A DNA stretch of 63,409 bases, filler included, from Octopus bimaculoides (lineage: Eukaryota): NCBI RefSeq assembly GCF_001194135.2. It is 10 parts of 8 records of this genome, joined end to end, with 100 filler letters (N's around TTAATTAATTAA, not from the genome) between each part and the next. Parts side by side here need not be neighbours in the genome. Positions count along the whole stretch, not along the records: positions 52,461 to 54,148 come from NW_026371381.1; positions 54,249 to 61,284 come from NC_068982.1; positions 61,385 to 63,409 come from NW_026386463.1; 7 more parts are not named here. One strand, 5' to 3'. Position numbers and translations under genes: made by a program. Positions 52,461 through 63,409 of the stretch are shown here, in pieces. Every line of letters begins with the position of its first letter. Positions within the stretch are counted from its first letter, which is position 1. Below the pieces are notes generated by a model. The model made no database searches and was not told where the DNA came from. It saw only the letters and a program-made list of their open reading frames with translations.

Positions 52461-54148
52461 TCAATACATACGTATATATGTACGTATGTATGTATCTACA
52501 TACGTACGCACGTAACTACGCATTTATGTATGTACATACGCATGTAAATACGCATGTAAATACGCATGTATATACGTACGTACATACATACGTAGTTACG
52601 TACGTACGTACATACTAACGTAGTTATGAACATTACATTCATATATAAGTAGTTACGTACGTACGTACATAGATACGTATATATGTACGTACGTACGTAC
52701 ATGCATACGAAGTTACATTCGTACGTACGTACATACATACGTATTGACGTACGCACATACATACATACATAAGTCGTAGTTACGTACGTACGTACATACA
52801 TATGTACTTACACACACATGTACGTACATATATACATACGTAGTTACCTACGTACGTACGTACATACATACGTAGGTACGTACTACATTCATACATACGT
52901 AGTAACGTACGTACGTGCATACATACATAGTTACGTAAGTACGTGCATACAAACGTAGTTACGTACGTACATACATACATACCTAATTACCTACGTACGT
53001 ACATACATACGTTGTTACGTACATACGTTCCTACATACATACGTAGTTACCTACGTACTTACATACATACGTAGTTACGTACNNNNNNNNNNNNNNNNNN
53101 NNNNNNNNNNNNACGTACATACATACGTAGTTACCAACGTACGTACATACGTAGTTACGTACGTACGTACTTACAAACGTAGTTACGTACGTACGTACGT
53201 TCATATATACGTATTTACGTACGTACGTACATATATACGTAGTTACGTAGTACGTACATACATAGGTAGATACGTACGTACGTATATTCATACGTCGTTA
53301 CGTATGTTCATACATACGTAGTTACGTACGTACGTACGTTATTATATACGTATTTACGTANNNNNNNNNNTACGTATTTACGTACGTACGTACATATATA
53401 CGTAGTTACGTACGTACGTATATTCATACGTAGTTACGTATGTTCATACATACGTAGTTACGTACGTACGTANNNNNNNNNNACGTACGTACGTACGTAC
53501 ATATACACGTAGTTAGGTACGTACGTACATACATTCGTAGTTACGTAAGTACGTACACACACATAGTTACGTACGTTGTACGTACATACATACGTAGTTA
53601 CGTACATACATACGTACATATATACGTGGCTACGTACGTACGTACATACATACGTAGTTACGTACGTTCGTACATACATACATACTTAGTTACGTACGTA
53701 TGTACATACATACGTAGTTACGTACGTACGTACATACATACGTTGTTACGTATGTACATACATACGTATTTATGTACATACGTACGGACATACATGCTTA
53801 CTTACATACGTACGTACTTACATACATGCGTAGTTACGTGCGTACTTACGTACATACTTACGTATTTAGGTACGCACATACATACGCTGTTACGTACGTA
53901 CATACGTAATACATACGTACATAATTCGTAGTTACGTAAAACATATGTGCATAATTCGTAGTGACGTACGTATGTACATACATACGTAGTTACCTACGTA
54001 CGTACGTATATACACACTTAGCTACGTACGTACATACATACGGAGTTACGTACATACGTACATACATACGTAGTTACGTACGTATGTACATACATACGTA
54101 ATTATGTACGTACCTGCATACATACGTAACTACGTATGTATGTACGTA
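52461..54148. repeat. Complex TACG/TACA satellite with ~24-32-bp higher-order unit (GTAGTTACGTACGTACGTACATACATAC)
   Basis: GTAGTTACGT recurs many times, separated by variable (ACGT)n(ACAT)n runs. Bounded by gap spacers on both sides. Confidence 0.9.
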
Positions 54149-54248
54149 NNNNNNNNNNNNNNNNNNNNNNNNNNNNNNNNNNNNNNNNNNNNTTAATTAA
54201 TTAANNNNNNNNNNNNNNNNNNNNNNNNNNNNNNNNNNNNNNNNNNNN

Positions 54249-54534
54249 ATTCCACAGACACGTGTACCCTTAACATAGTTCTCGGGGAGATTGAGCGTGA
54301 CACAGTGTGACAAGGCTGGCCCTTTGAAATACAGGTACAACAGAAACAGGAAGAAAGTGAAAGAAAGTTGTGGTGAAAGAGTACAGCATGGTTCGCCACC
54401 ATCCCCTGCCGGAGCCTCGTGGAGCTTTAGGTGTTTTCGCTCAATAAACACTCACAACGCCCGGTCTGGGAATCGAAACCGCGATCCTATGACCGCGAGT
54501 CCGCTGCCCTAACCACTGGTCCATTGCGCCTTCA
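54249..54534 (-). mobile_element. SINE family C copy, 3' end lost in gap
   Basis: Reverse complement closely matches ~58155-58440 (CTTTAGGTGTTTTCGCTCAATAAACACTCACAACGCC; CACAGACACGTGTACCCTTAAC). Confidence 0.85.
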
Positions 54535-54939
54535 CGTGCGAAGTGTTAAAGAAGTGATAATGAAATTATGTATGTTTGTAATTTATACCGTAAGATTATA
54601 TAAAGACGGACAAAGTGATTCTTTTCATCAGCCTTTTGACGACAGGGAAAGAGGTAACGGGGACAGGTAGAGAATGCTACTGGAAGTCTTTAGGTTAGAT
54701 CCTGCACAAGCTGGCCTCAGGGTAATTGCACACTGTCCAGCTATGTCTTACTGGACTGTCATTTGTCGACGCGACGAAAGAGTCCAGACATATTTGCTGC
54801 ACATTCCCAGCGTAACAGTTCATGTTGAAGAAGTGACAAGGAAAATGCGTCCTGTGGATTACATACTCCGGGTTAACATACATCTGAAATTCTTAAATGG
54901 TCATCGAAGCCTTTGCTTTAGTGGCTCATATGGTTGATG

Positions 54940-55214
54940 TTTGTAGGTGTGTGGGGAAGAAGCCCGATTTGCAGCCATGTAGTCTCGGGTTCAGTCCCAC
55001 TGCACGGTTCGTTGAAGTAAGTCTCTTGTACTGTAGCCCCGGACTGACCACTGCCTTGTGAGTGAATTGGGTCAACGGAAACTGTGTGGAAGCCCATCAT
55101 GTATATATATATGCATATACATACATACACAGATACACACACAGACACACGCGCACACATATGTATACGTATGTATGTATGTATGTATGCATGTGTGTGT
55201 GTATGTGTGTGTGG

Positions 55215-55262
<48 letters not shown>

Positions 55263-55373
55263 GTTTATGCGTGTGTTTTTGTGTCGGTTTGTTCACCCAC
55301 ACACTGTTTAACAACCAGTGTTGGTTTGTTTACGCCCCCCCCTCCCGTAACCTAGCGGTACGGAAAAAAAGAC
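54940..55373 (+). mobile_element. SINE family A copy with expanded internal microsatellite
   Basis: CGGGTTCAGTCCCACTGCAC...GCCTTGTGAGTGAATTGGGTCAACGGAAACTG, then (TA/CA/TATG)n, then ACAACCAGTGTTGGTTTGTTTACG...CGTAACCTAGCGG. Confidence 0.75.
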
Positions 55374-56419
55374 NNNNNNNNNNNNNNNNNNNNNNNNNNN
55401 NNNNNNNNNNNNNNNNNNNNNNNNNNNNNNNNNNNNNNNNNNNNNNNNNNNNNNNNNNNNNNNNNNNNNNNNNNNNNNNNNNNNNNNNNNNNNNNNNNNN
55501 NNNNNNNNNNNNNNNNNNNNNNNNNNNNNNNNNNNNNNNNNNNNNNNNNNNNNNNNNNNNNNNNNNNNNNNNNNNNNNNNNNNNNNNNNNNNNNNNNNNN
55601 NNNNNNNNNNNNNNNNNNNNNNNNNNNNNNNNNNNNNNNNNNNNNNNNNNNNNNNNNNNNNNNNNNNNNNNNNTCTGACACTTTGCTCTTACGTAAGAAA
55701 TCAATAGTTATTTAAAATTATTCCCGTATAATCGAAAGTGTTATTCCTAATGGCTGACACCTAAGCTGATGAAAATAAAATAATATGCTTTGAAAAATGT
55801 GTAAGTTGCCTCATAGCTGCCGGTGAATAAATTATGTGATGGTGTAAAATAATGACACACAACACATGAAATTGAATTGTGGGAACAAACATTAGAATTT
55901 ACATTAAAAAGATGACGGCAAATAGTCACGTGACTGAACTAATTTTCCCTGAATATTTATTTTTTCTTTCTTTCTTTCTTTTTCGTTCAATAAAAAAAAA
56001 AAAAATTTTTTCTCGCTACTTAAAAGGGTGACTGAAATTCACTATAAAACAGATAGTGTGTGTTTTGTATGTATGAGGTGTGAGTGTGTGCATATTTGTA
56101 TGTATGTATGTATGTATGTATATATGTATGTATGTATGCATGCATGTATGTGAGTGTGCGTGTGAGTGTGTGTGCGTGTATGAGCCTTTTTGTAGGAATT
56201 TTATTTATGAATGCAGCTGGAATGGTTGTTACAAGGGTTGGTACCATTCTACATTGCAAAATAATCATTGTAATGATTGTTGGAAGGATTAACTACAATA
56301 ATCTAAAATTGATAAATAGTTTATTAATCTACCGTTGTGCCGTAGGGTTTACCATTTTCTCTGCATTCCAATATTCAACCATATATTATGATAATTAAAT
56401 CATCTTAGTCAGTTTTAAT

Positions 56420-56577
56420 TTTGGTTTCAAATTTTGGAACAAGGCTAACAATATCAGGAAAGGAGATAAATTGATTACATCGACCCCAGTGCTCAACTGG
56501 TACTTATTTTACCGACCCTGGAAAGGATGAAAGGCAAAGCTGACCTCAAGCAAATCTGACTCACCAAGCTCACCGCC

Positions 56578-56579
<2 letters not shown>
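56420..56579 (-). mobile_element. SINE family B copy with internal deletion
   Basis: TTGATTACATCGACCCCAGTGCTCAACTGGTACTTATTTTACCGACCC...CTCACCGCCT followed by (AAT)n. Confidence 0.7.
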
Positions 56580-56614
<35 letters not shown>

Positions 56615-56714
56615 NNNNNNNNNNNNNNNNNNNNNNNNNNNNNNNNNNNNNNNNNNNNNNNNNNNNNNNNNNNNNNNNNNNNNNNNNNNNNNNNNNNNNN
56701 NNNNNNNNNNNNNN

Positions 56715-56817
56715 ATTCAAGTCACTACCTGGAATCGAACTCGGAATCTTGGGGTTAGTAGCCCGCGCTGTTACCCACTACGCCATATGCCCGTGGGCAT
56801 ATGACGTAGTGGTTAAG

Positions 56818-56890
<73 letters not shown>

Positions 56891-57053
56891 CAACAACATC
56901 GAAAAATACCTTAGGAATGAGAACCCATGTTCGAAATTTCCCCAAGACACCCGATGAAGTCTGGAGAGTATATCAGCCGAAACGTGCTAACAACAAACAA
57001 GATGAGGACAATATAAATAATGTACATAATTCCTCATCTCTTAAATATAGAAC
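56715..57053. mobile_element. Same tRNA-head + hammerhead element, copy 2, with head-to-head inverted tRNA head
   Basis: Inverted head 56715-56792 joins forward GGGCATATGACGTAGTGGTTAAG, forming a 17-bp hairpin (56776-56792/56795-56811, one mismatch). Then (AAT)n, CATCGAAAAATACCTTAGGAATGAGAACC, hammerhead and the same tail end ...CTCTTAAATATAGAAC as copy 1. Left end runs into a gap. Confidence 0.7.
56946..56991 (+). ncRNA. Degenerate hammerhead motif (probably inactive copy)
   Basis: GACAC-CCGATGA-A-GTCTGGAGAGTATATCAGCC-GAAAC-GTG. Aligns with copy 1 without gaps through the core and stem II, but has U4 changed to C and a GUG triplet caused by a small deletion. Confidence 0.5.
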
Positions 57054-58152
57054 TGTATAGTCAGATAAAATTGTTCCATTTTTTTTTTTATATACTTTGC
57101 ATTTCATCGTCATATGACTGAAGAGAGGTAAAATTTATTCAAACTTCAAAAACGATAATCAGAAGTACTACAAAAAAAATCTAAAGCACTACAATAAAAC
57201 TATTTTTCCTGTTAATTCAAATAATACTGGACAGGACTGAAATAAAATGGAAGTGAGGGTTGAGAAACGAACGAATTAATTTCACAAGCCAATATAATCA
57301 CTTCATTGCTATGGAAATCTAAACACTTTATCGCAGTGGAACTATTTTCACTAACAGCACAGCGTAGACACTTTAAGAAGCTACTCCAATTCAGAGACAC
57401 CAGACAGAAGCGACGAATAAGTATTTATTTTTTTTTATAGAATATATATAATATTTAAATCAAGAATGTAAGAATGTACTCTATTAAAGTACTTCTTATG
57501 CTCTTTCTAGCTACTTCAGATTTTTAGATCTCTCTATATATAAACATAGCATTTCCTTTTTAAAAAAACGTGTTACTCAATTACTATATACAACTATTAG
57601 TAATTTTTTTTTATAACACTGAATCTATTTACTTCTGTTTTTGTGAATAAAGAAAATATCGGAATGAAATTATAGATAGGAAAAGGGAAAGAAATACACA
57701 AGCCTAGTAAATATCATTAAAAAAAATAGAAAATAAGAAATGAATGAATGAATAAATAAATGAATAAATAAATAAATAAAGACATTTAAATGACGAACAG
57801 AGAGAAAATTCCGTTGTAGAAAATACTGGAAAAAAAGAAGCTTAAATTTAGTAGCTTATTGAAAGATGTCAAGGAAAGTCTCATGTTTGGTCGTGCTGTA
57901 AGACTCTCATTCTGATAGTTTTGTGTTGTAGCGTTCAATTCAACGAGGGCCCATGGACTCGTGATCATAAGACCGCTGGTTCGATTCTTGGACCGGGCGG
58001 TGCATTGTATCTTTAAGCAAGGCAATTCATTTCACATTGTTCCATTCTACTCAGCTGAAAATGAGTAGAAATTGAGTACTGGTATAGTCCTTTCTCCTTC
58101 CTGTTGTGGGATCCTGCATGTTGGACCTATCTCTAGGTCTGCTTTGATCGAG

Positions 58153-58534
58153 TGGAGGCACAATGGCCCAGTGGTTAAGGCAGCGGACTCGCGGTCATAG
58201 GATCGCGGTTTCGATTCTCAGACCTGGCGTTGTGAGTGTTTATTGAGCGAAAACACCTAAAGCTCCACAACACTCCGGCAGGGGATGGTGGCGAACCCTG
58301 CTGTACTCTTTCACCACAACTTTCTCTCACTCTTATTTCCTGTTTCTGTTGTGCCTGTAATTCAAAGGGTTAGCCTTGTCACACTGTGTTACATTGAATA
58401 TACCCGAGAACTACGTTAAGGGTACACGTGTCTGTGGAGTGCTCAGCCACTTGCACGTTAATTTCACGAGCAGGCTGTTCCGTTGATCGGATCAACTGGA
58501 ACCCTCGACGTCGTAAGCGACGGAGTGCCAACAA
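58153..58534 (+). mobile_element. tRNA-derived SINE family C, apparently full length with 12-bp TSD
   Basis: Head TGGCCCAGTGGTTAAGGCAGCGG...GTTTCGATTC. Direct repeat GCTTTGATCGAG at 58141-58152 and 58535-58546. Confidence 0.85.
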
Positions 58535-58857
58535 GCTTTGATCGAGCAGAGGTAGTCTGATCGATCAAAGTTAGTCCAGTCATGATTACCTTGTTTTACT
58601 TATTCATTTATTTTGCCATATCGGATACTATATGTCCTTTGTGAGATTGTAGGGTCTGATTTGAGGGAGATTCAGCATCGGTTTCTTACAAACTAAGCAA
58701 CCCCATAGAGGTTCACTCATTGGCTCATTGAGTATATTGTTAAAATAGTATTGGTGCTGGTGGTGATACAGCTTATTTGTCTGCTTTAGAAATCTGTGTG
58801 GATGTATGTTTGTACGTGCGCGAAACCCTCAACTCTCTATCTCTCTACATGTTTATA

Positions 58858-58918
<61 letters not shown>

Positions 58919-59684
58919 GTGAAGTATATTTGCCACTTAAAGGTGGCTAACCGCTAAGGATGGATGCTACTGTAGCTTGTAGCCCCAGGAGGACACCTCC
59001 TCCAGCTGGCTATTGACACATTTTCTCTGCACTATCACATATACATACATATATACACACACACATACACACGCACTCACGCACACACATGTATGTATGT
59101 ATTTATGTATACCAATCTATGTATCATATTTAATATAAAAACATCGTTGAAGACAAATTTTCTGGGGTATTTGTCCATCTCTTATACATGTGCTGTGTTT
59201 AAAAATACAATTTAAATCGAAAATTATCCCACCTGCGGCGAGCGAGAACACAGGAGGCATTTAACTTTCCTGAGCCTTGTCAATAATGTATACTCATAGC
59301 CATCCACATGCCTAGACTAGATCCATCGCCTCCGATATACAAGAAAATTGTAAAAATATTTACTGGGATTGCCAATAGTCACCTGGCTGAATAAAAATCC
59401 ATTGTATGCAAAAGGAACGATAGATAATTAAAACAGTCATTTATGTTTCATACTTAATATAAATACAGCATTAAAGGACAATTTTACGTGGATAAGATAT
59501 GTTATCTCTGGATGGACACAGCAGTAAATTTGCCTTTCACTAGTTTTTACAATACCTGTGAATGCTTTTCACGGCTTTCCTATATATCGGAGGCAATGAA
59601 TCTCGTCAAAGCATGTGGCTGGCTCTGACTACATTCCATTTACAAGGTTCAACGAGGCCGGAGTACAACTGAAGGTCTCGGTAG

Positions 59685-60190
59685 CCGCTGATCTTAACTC
59701 ATTAGAAGTGCTATCATGTACATGTTTTGTCTCGGTGTAAAAGATGGGCTACAATAAATATTCTACTCAATACCACAGATCTGCTTGTCATTTGCATGAC
59801 CTTAATCAGTTGAGCATGTCCCTTAGTGGCTGACGATAGGTGCATTTCTAATCACGACCAGGAATAGTTGGTGAGTATCAAGGCAATATGCTGAGAGGAA
59901 TTCTTTGAAGCGTGAATAATTCACCTCTGGAAACATGAGTGTTTCGTTCACCATCCTTAAATAACCTTTATTCAGGGACGTTTTGAACATGATGGGGTAC
60001 TCGACCTGATGAAAGCGGGTTCCACCTGCAAGGTTATACGCTGTTTATCTTGATGTAAAATCACCATATCGGACACATATGGCTGTGATGCTGTACCTGG
60101 TATGTCCTTATCAGATGGGTAGTCATAAAAGGTAAAGACCCCTTTTGTCATGAATTACCATGGGATTGCACCTAGCAAGTCCCCTCCGAG
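59685..60190 (+). repeat. Unclassified interspersed repeat family E (also 34606-34744 on + and ~36680-36986 on -)
   Basis: Three copies share GAAGTGTTATCATGTACATTGTTTTGTCTTGGTATAAAAGATGGGCTACAGCAAATATTCTGCT...TACCACAGATTTGCTTGTCAGTTGTTTGACC. Confidence 0.75.
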
Positions 60191-60319
60191 GAACATTACC
60201 GGGCAAGGTTGTTTATCGAAGTCGACCTCGGCAGAATTTGAACTCAGAACACAAAACACAAAAACATTTGGGGACAATACAAAACAATGGACAAGTGGGG
60301 TTTAAAACAAAAGACGTAT

Positions 60320-61260
60320 GTCTTCGGCTGTTATTGGCATTTCGCAGAACACTTGCATCCCTGACTGAGAGGTGCAGCACGCCATTGAGATAGGATGTAA
60401 AATCCACCACCGTCCCAGATCCACCGCGCGTCCCGTACAGTTCGGTGAAGTGCCGCTGAAATTCTGCACACATCTGCTTAGACTCGGTTATCATGTGCCC
60501 GTCACAGCTCGCCAAAGACCGAAATGTTTTGTTTCCACGTAACGCCTCTGCCACCCGGGCCCATCGAACGGCTTTCATCCCCTCCCATCTCAGTGCAGGC
60601 TCCCTAGCTCTGACAACACAACTTTCGTGCTTAGCATTGAATAATTGATCAAGAGCCGATCTCGCCGCTAGCACGTCGGTCGCTGTGCCTTTCCTAAGCG
60701 CCTCTTCTAGCTTCTTAACTAGGTCACTCTCTAACCTAGATTCTTCTAACGCTATCACCTTTACTCTAAAAGCTCTTTTCAGAGTTATCCACCATCTGTT
60801 GTTGACGATTGCGCCCGCCAACTTCCGATGGACTAACTTGCTAACCCGGTCTCTGAAAACTTGGTGCACCGGGGATACACGTTCAGCTTCCAGTATCTGG
60901 GGTCCTGTATATGGATCCTATCTATGTCGAACGTACAGATCAGAAATTTGAAATATGGACAACTTATACCACTTCCATCTACAGGCCTACAAAATACTCT
61001 ATCTTCATACGATCTGGAAGACCCGATGCGGTTTACCCATGTGTAGATCTCATAATTATTGAAAATGGGTGTAAGATCGCGTGTGTCAGAAATCCTGATC
61101 TTATTGGCTGCTATCACATCCAAACCTAGCGATCTGAGGTCATTGAGCAAGCGACCTTGCTTCCAGGGTGATCCCAGACCGCGAACATGTATGCAGCCCA
61201 CTTTTTTTTTTTTTTTTCTTAACTCTTTCAAGATGGGCTCCGCCACCTTGTTGAACTATT
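60320..61260 (-). mobile_element. Tx1/L1-clade ORF2 N-terminal fragment (APE endonuclease and linker), internally deleted
   Basis: KVGCIHVRGLGS...LLNDLRSLGLDVIAA (APE motif I), RIHIQD..YWKLNVYP, WWITLKRAFR and ALDQLFNAKHESCVVRAR, typical of Tx1-type ORF2. Confidence 0.75.
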
Positions 61261-63409
61261 TATGATTAAATGTCACCCGAACTTNNNNNNNNNNNNNNNN
61301 NNNNNNNNNNNNNNNNNNNNNNNNNNNNTTAATTAATTAANNNNNNNNNNNNNNNNNNNNNNNNNNNNNNNNNNNNNNNNNNNNTCAATGAGTGAATACA
61401 CACCTCATTAAAACTGTTTATAACATAAATATTAATTAAAATATGAGATATAAAGAATACTTTATAAATTATATTCCAGTGTGTGCAAAGGTGTTTGATT
61501 TGTTATATTTTTTTATCTCTCTCCTCAAATTACTTGTATAACGACATATTTATGGAGAGAAATGACCAAAAACTAACTTCATATAATTTACATTGATGGC
61601 ATTTTATAAATGTGAGAGTCTTGGAAATATATTANNNNNNNNNNGAAAGTATTTTGTGAAGCTAATTATATTTATTAATTAGCTGTGATAATAATACCGT
61701 TCAGAATGATGAAAAGTAAAATTAATAAAAAATCCATATGATAGTGCATAAGATAGTATCATANNNNNNNNNNAGTAAAATTAATAAAAAATCCATATGA
61801 TAGTGCATAAGATAGTATCATAGATTGAGACTTTTTTCTCATTCTTGGCACACAACTTTCCTTTGTCACCCATTCTTAAGCATTTACTGTCATCTAGCAA
61901 TTGTTTCATGTAGTTNNNNNNNNNNNNNNNNNNNNNNNNNNNNNNNNNNNNNNNNNNNNNNNNNNNNNNNNNNNNNNNNNNNNNNNNNNNNNNNNNNNNN
62001 NNNNNNNNNNNNNNNNNNNNNNNNNNNNNNNNNNNNNNNNNNNNNNNNNNNNNNNNNNNNNNNNNNNNNNNNNNNNNNNNNNNNNNNNNNNNNNNNNNNN
62101 NNNNNNNNNNNNNNNNNNNNNNNNNNNNNNNNNNNNNNNNNNNNNNNNNNNNNNNNNNNNNNNNNNNNNNNNNNNNNNNNNNNNNNNNNNNNNNNNNNNN
62201 NNNNNNNNNNNNNNNNNNNNNNNNNNNNNNNNNNNNNNNNNNNNNNNNNNNNNNNNNNNNNNNNNNNNNNNNNNNNNNNNNNNNNNNNNNNNNNNNNNNN
62301 NNNNNNNNNNNNNNNNNNNNNNNNNNNNNNNNNNNNNNNNNNNNNNNNNNNNNNNNNNNNNNNNNNNNNNNNNNNNNNNNNNNNNNNNNNNNNNNNNNNN
62401 NNNNNNNNNNNNNNNNNNNNNNNNNNNNNNNNNNNNNNNNNNNNNNNNNNNNNNNNNNNNNNNNNNNNNNNNNNNNNNNNNNNNNNNNNNNNNNNNNNNN
62501 NNNNNNNNNNNNNNNNNNNNNNNNNNNNNNNNNNNNNNNNNNNNNNNNNNNNNNNNNNNNNNNNNNNNNNNNNNNNNNNNNNNNNNNNNNNNNNNNNNNN
62601 NNNNNNNNNNNNNNNNNNNNNNNNNNNNNNNNNNNNNNNNNNNNNNNNNNNNNNNNNNNNNNNNNNNNNNNNNNNNNNNNNNNNNNNNNNNNNNNNNNNN
62701 NNNNNNNNNNNNNNNNNNNNNNNNNNNNNNNNNNNNNNNNNNNNNNNNNNNNNNNNNNNNNNNNNNNNNNNNNNNNNNNNNNNNNNNNNNNNNNNNNNNN
62801 NNNNNNNNNNNNNNNNNNNNNNNNNNNNNNNNNNNNNNNNNNNNNNNNNNNNNNNNNNNNNNNNNNNNNNNNNNNNNNNNNNNNNNNTTTCAAAGGTTGT
62901 TTTGAATCAAGGTGTAAGTATAAAGCAAAACTTTTGCCAAAATTTTCTTGTCATAAATATCATTTTTTGCAATATTTACTCATCTGTTGACTGTCTCACT
63001 AATTATAACAAAACAAATTAAATAGAACGTTATAATGAATAATTTAATCATTGTGCATCATCATGAAAGCTTCATTACATATTAATTGTTTNNNNNNNNN
63101 NATTATAAGATTTGTTAATAAGTTTATAAATAACTCTGTAAATATTTATTAAGAAAAAAACTCCAGATTGAGCAAAATTTTACAAAATATGATGCATAAA
63201 AATCTTACATTTCTTTGTGAATGCTTATAAAAGCTGCACTGAATTTATTCCTTTTGCTTCTATTATAATATTTACATAATTAAGGAATATATTTTCATAA
63301 CATAGTGTTCAGATTGTATTTTAAAATGGAAGCAATTGGAAACATGAAATTATAAATTTAGCTAATATTAACTTTCCAGATATATACAGTTGAAATTATT
63401 TTTATAACT

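Noticed and set aside
52461-54148. Repeat-spacer-like periodicity suggestive of a CRISPR array
   Set aside because: Eukaryotic context, no unique spacers, no cas genes; it is a satellite.
54674-54937. ORF with faint mariner-like words (TVICRRDERVQTY, VDYILRVNI)
   Set aside because: Too degenerate to call by eye; at most another mariner relic.
58153-58230. tRNA-like sequences (also 43381-43450, 31993-32060, 1770-1833)
   Set aside because: They have A/B boxes but no acceptor-stem closure or terminator, and continue into SINE bodies. They are SINE heads, not tRNA genes.
60005-60045. CTGATGA motifs at ~60006, ~39181 and ~29872
   Set aside because: No correctly placed stem II plus GAAA-N-UH, so they are not hammerheads.
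61715-61822. Exact 49-bp tandem duplication separated by 10 Ns
   Set aside because: Typical unmerged contig overlap at a minimal gap.

Overview
AT-rich, microsatellite-saturated, gap-ridden animal genomic DNA with no prokaryotic features. The SINE families, the very high density of (CA)n/(TA)n/(AAT)n/(GATA)n tracts and the 100-bp N44-TTAATTAATTAA-N44 gap spacers point to a draft octopus assembly; the taxon is my recognition of the repeats, not a database result. No intact multi-exon gene is visible. The only host-like coding signal is a ~319-codon frame at 6481-7437 that starts exactly after a splice acceptor and carries two in-frame TAA codons. The rest is a transposon graveyard: several tRNA-derived SINE families, about four mariner relics, a DD37D (maT) transposase, a hAT/Charlie relic, a Helitron helicase fragment, R4/Dong, HERO-like and Tx1/L1 non-LTR fragments, a Penelope-like RT, MITE/foldback elements and a 1.7-kb TACG satellite. 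The most notable observation is a small non-autonomous retroelement present twice (43218-43512 and 56715-57053). It joins a tRNA-like Pol III head, an (AAT)n linker and a minimal Penelope-type hammerhead ribozyme. Both copies show an internal inversion, and one is bounded by a 12-bp target-site duplication. A second theme is that several retroelements sit directly against specific microsatellites (Dong-like against (TAA)n, Tx1-like against (GATA)n, SINE heads against (ATT)n).
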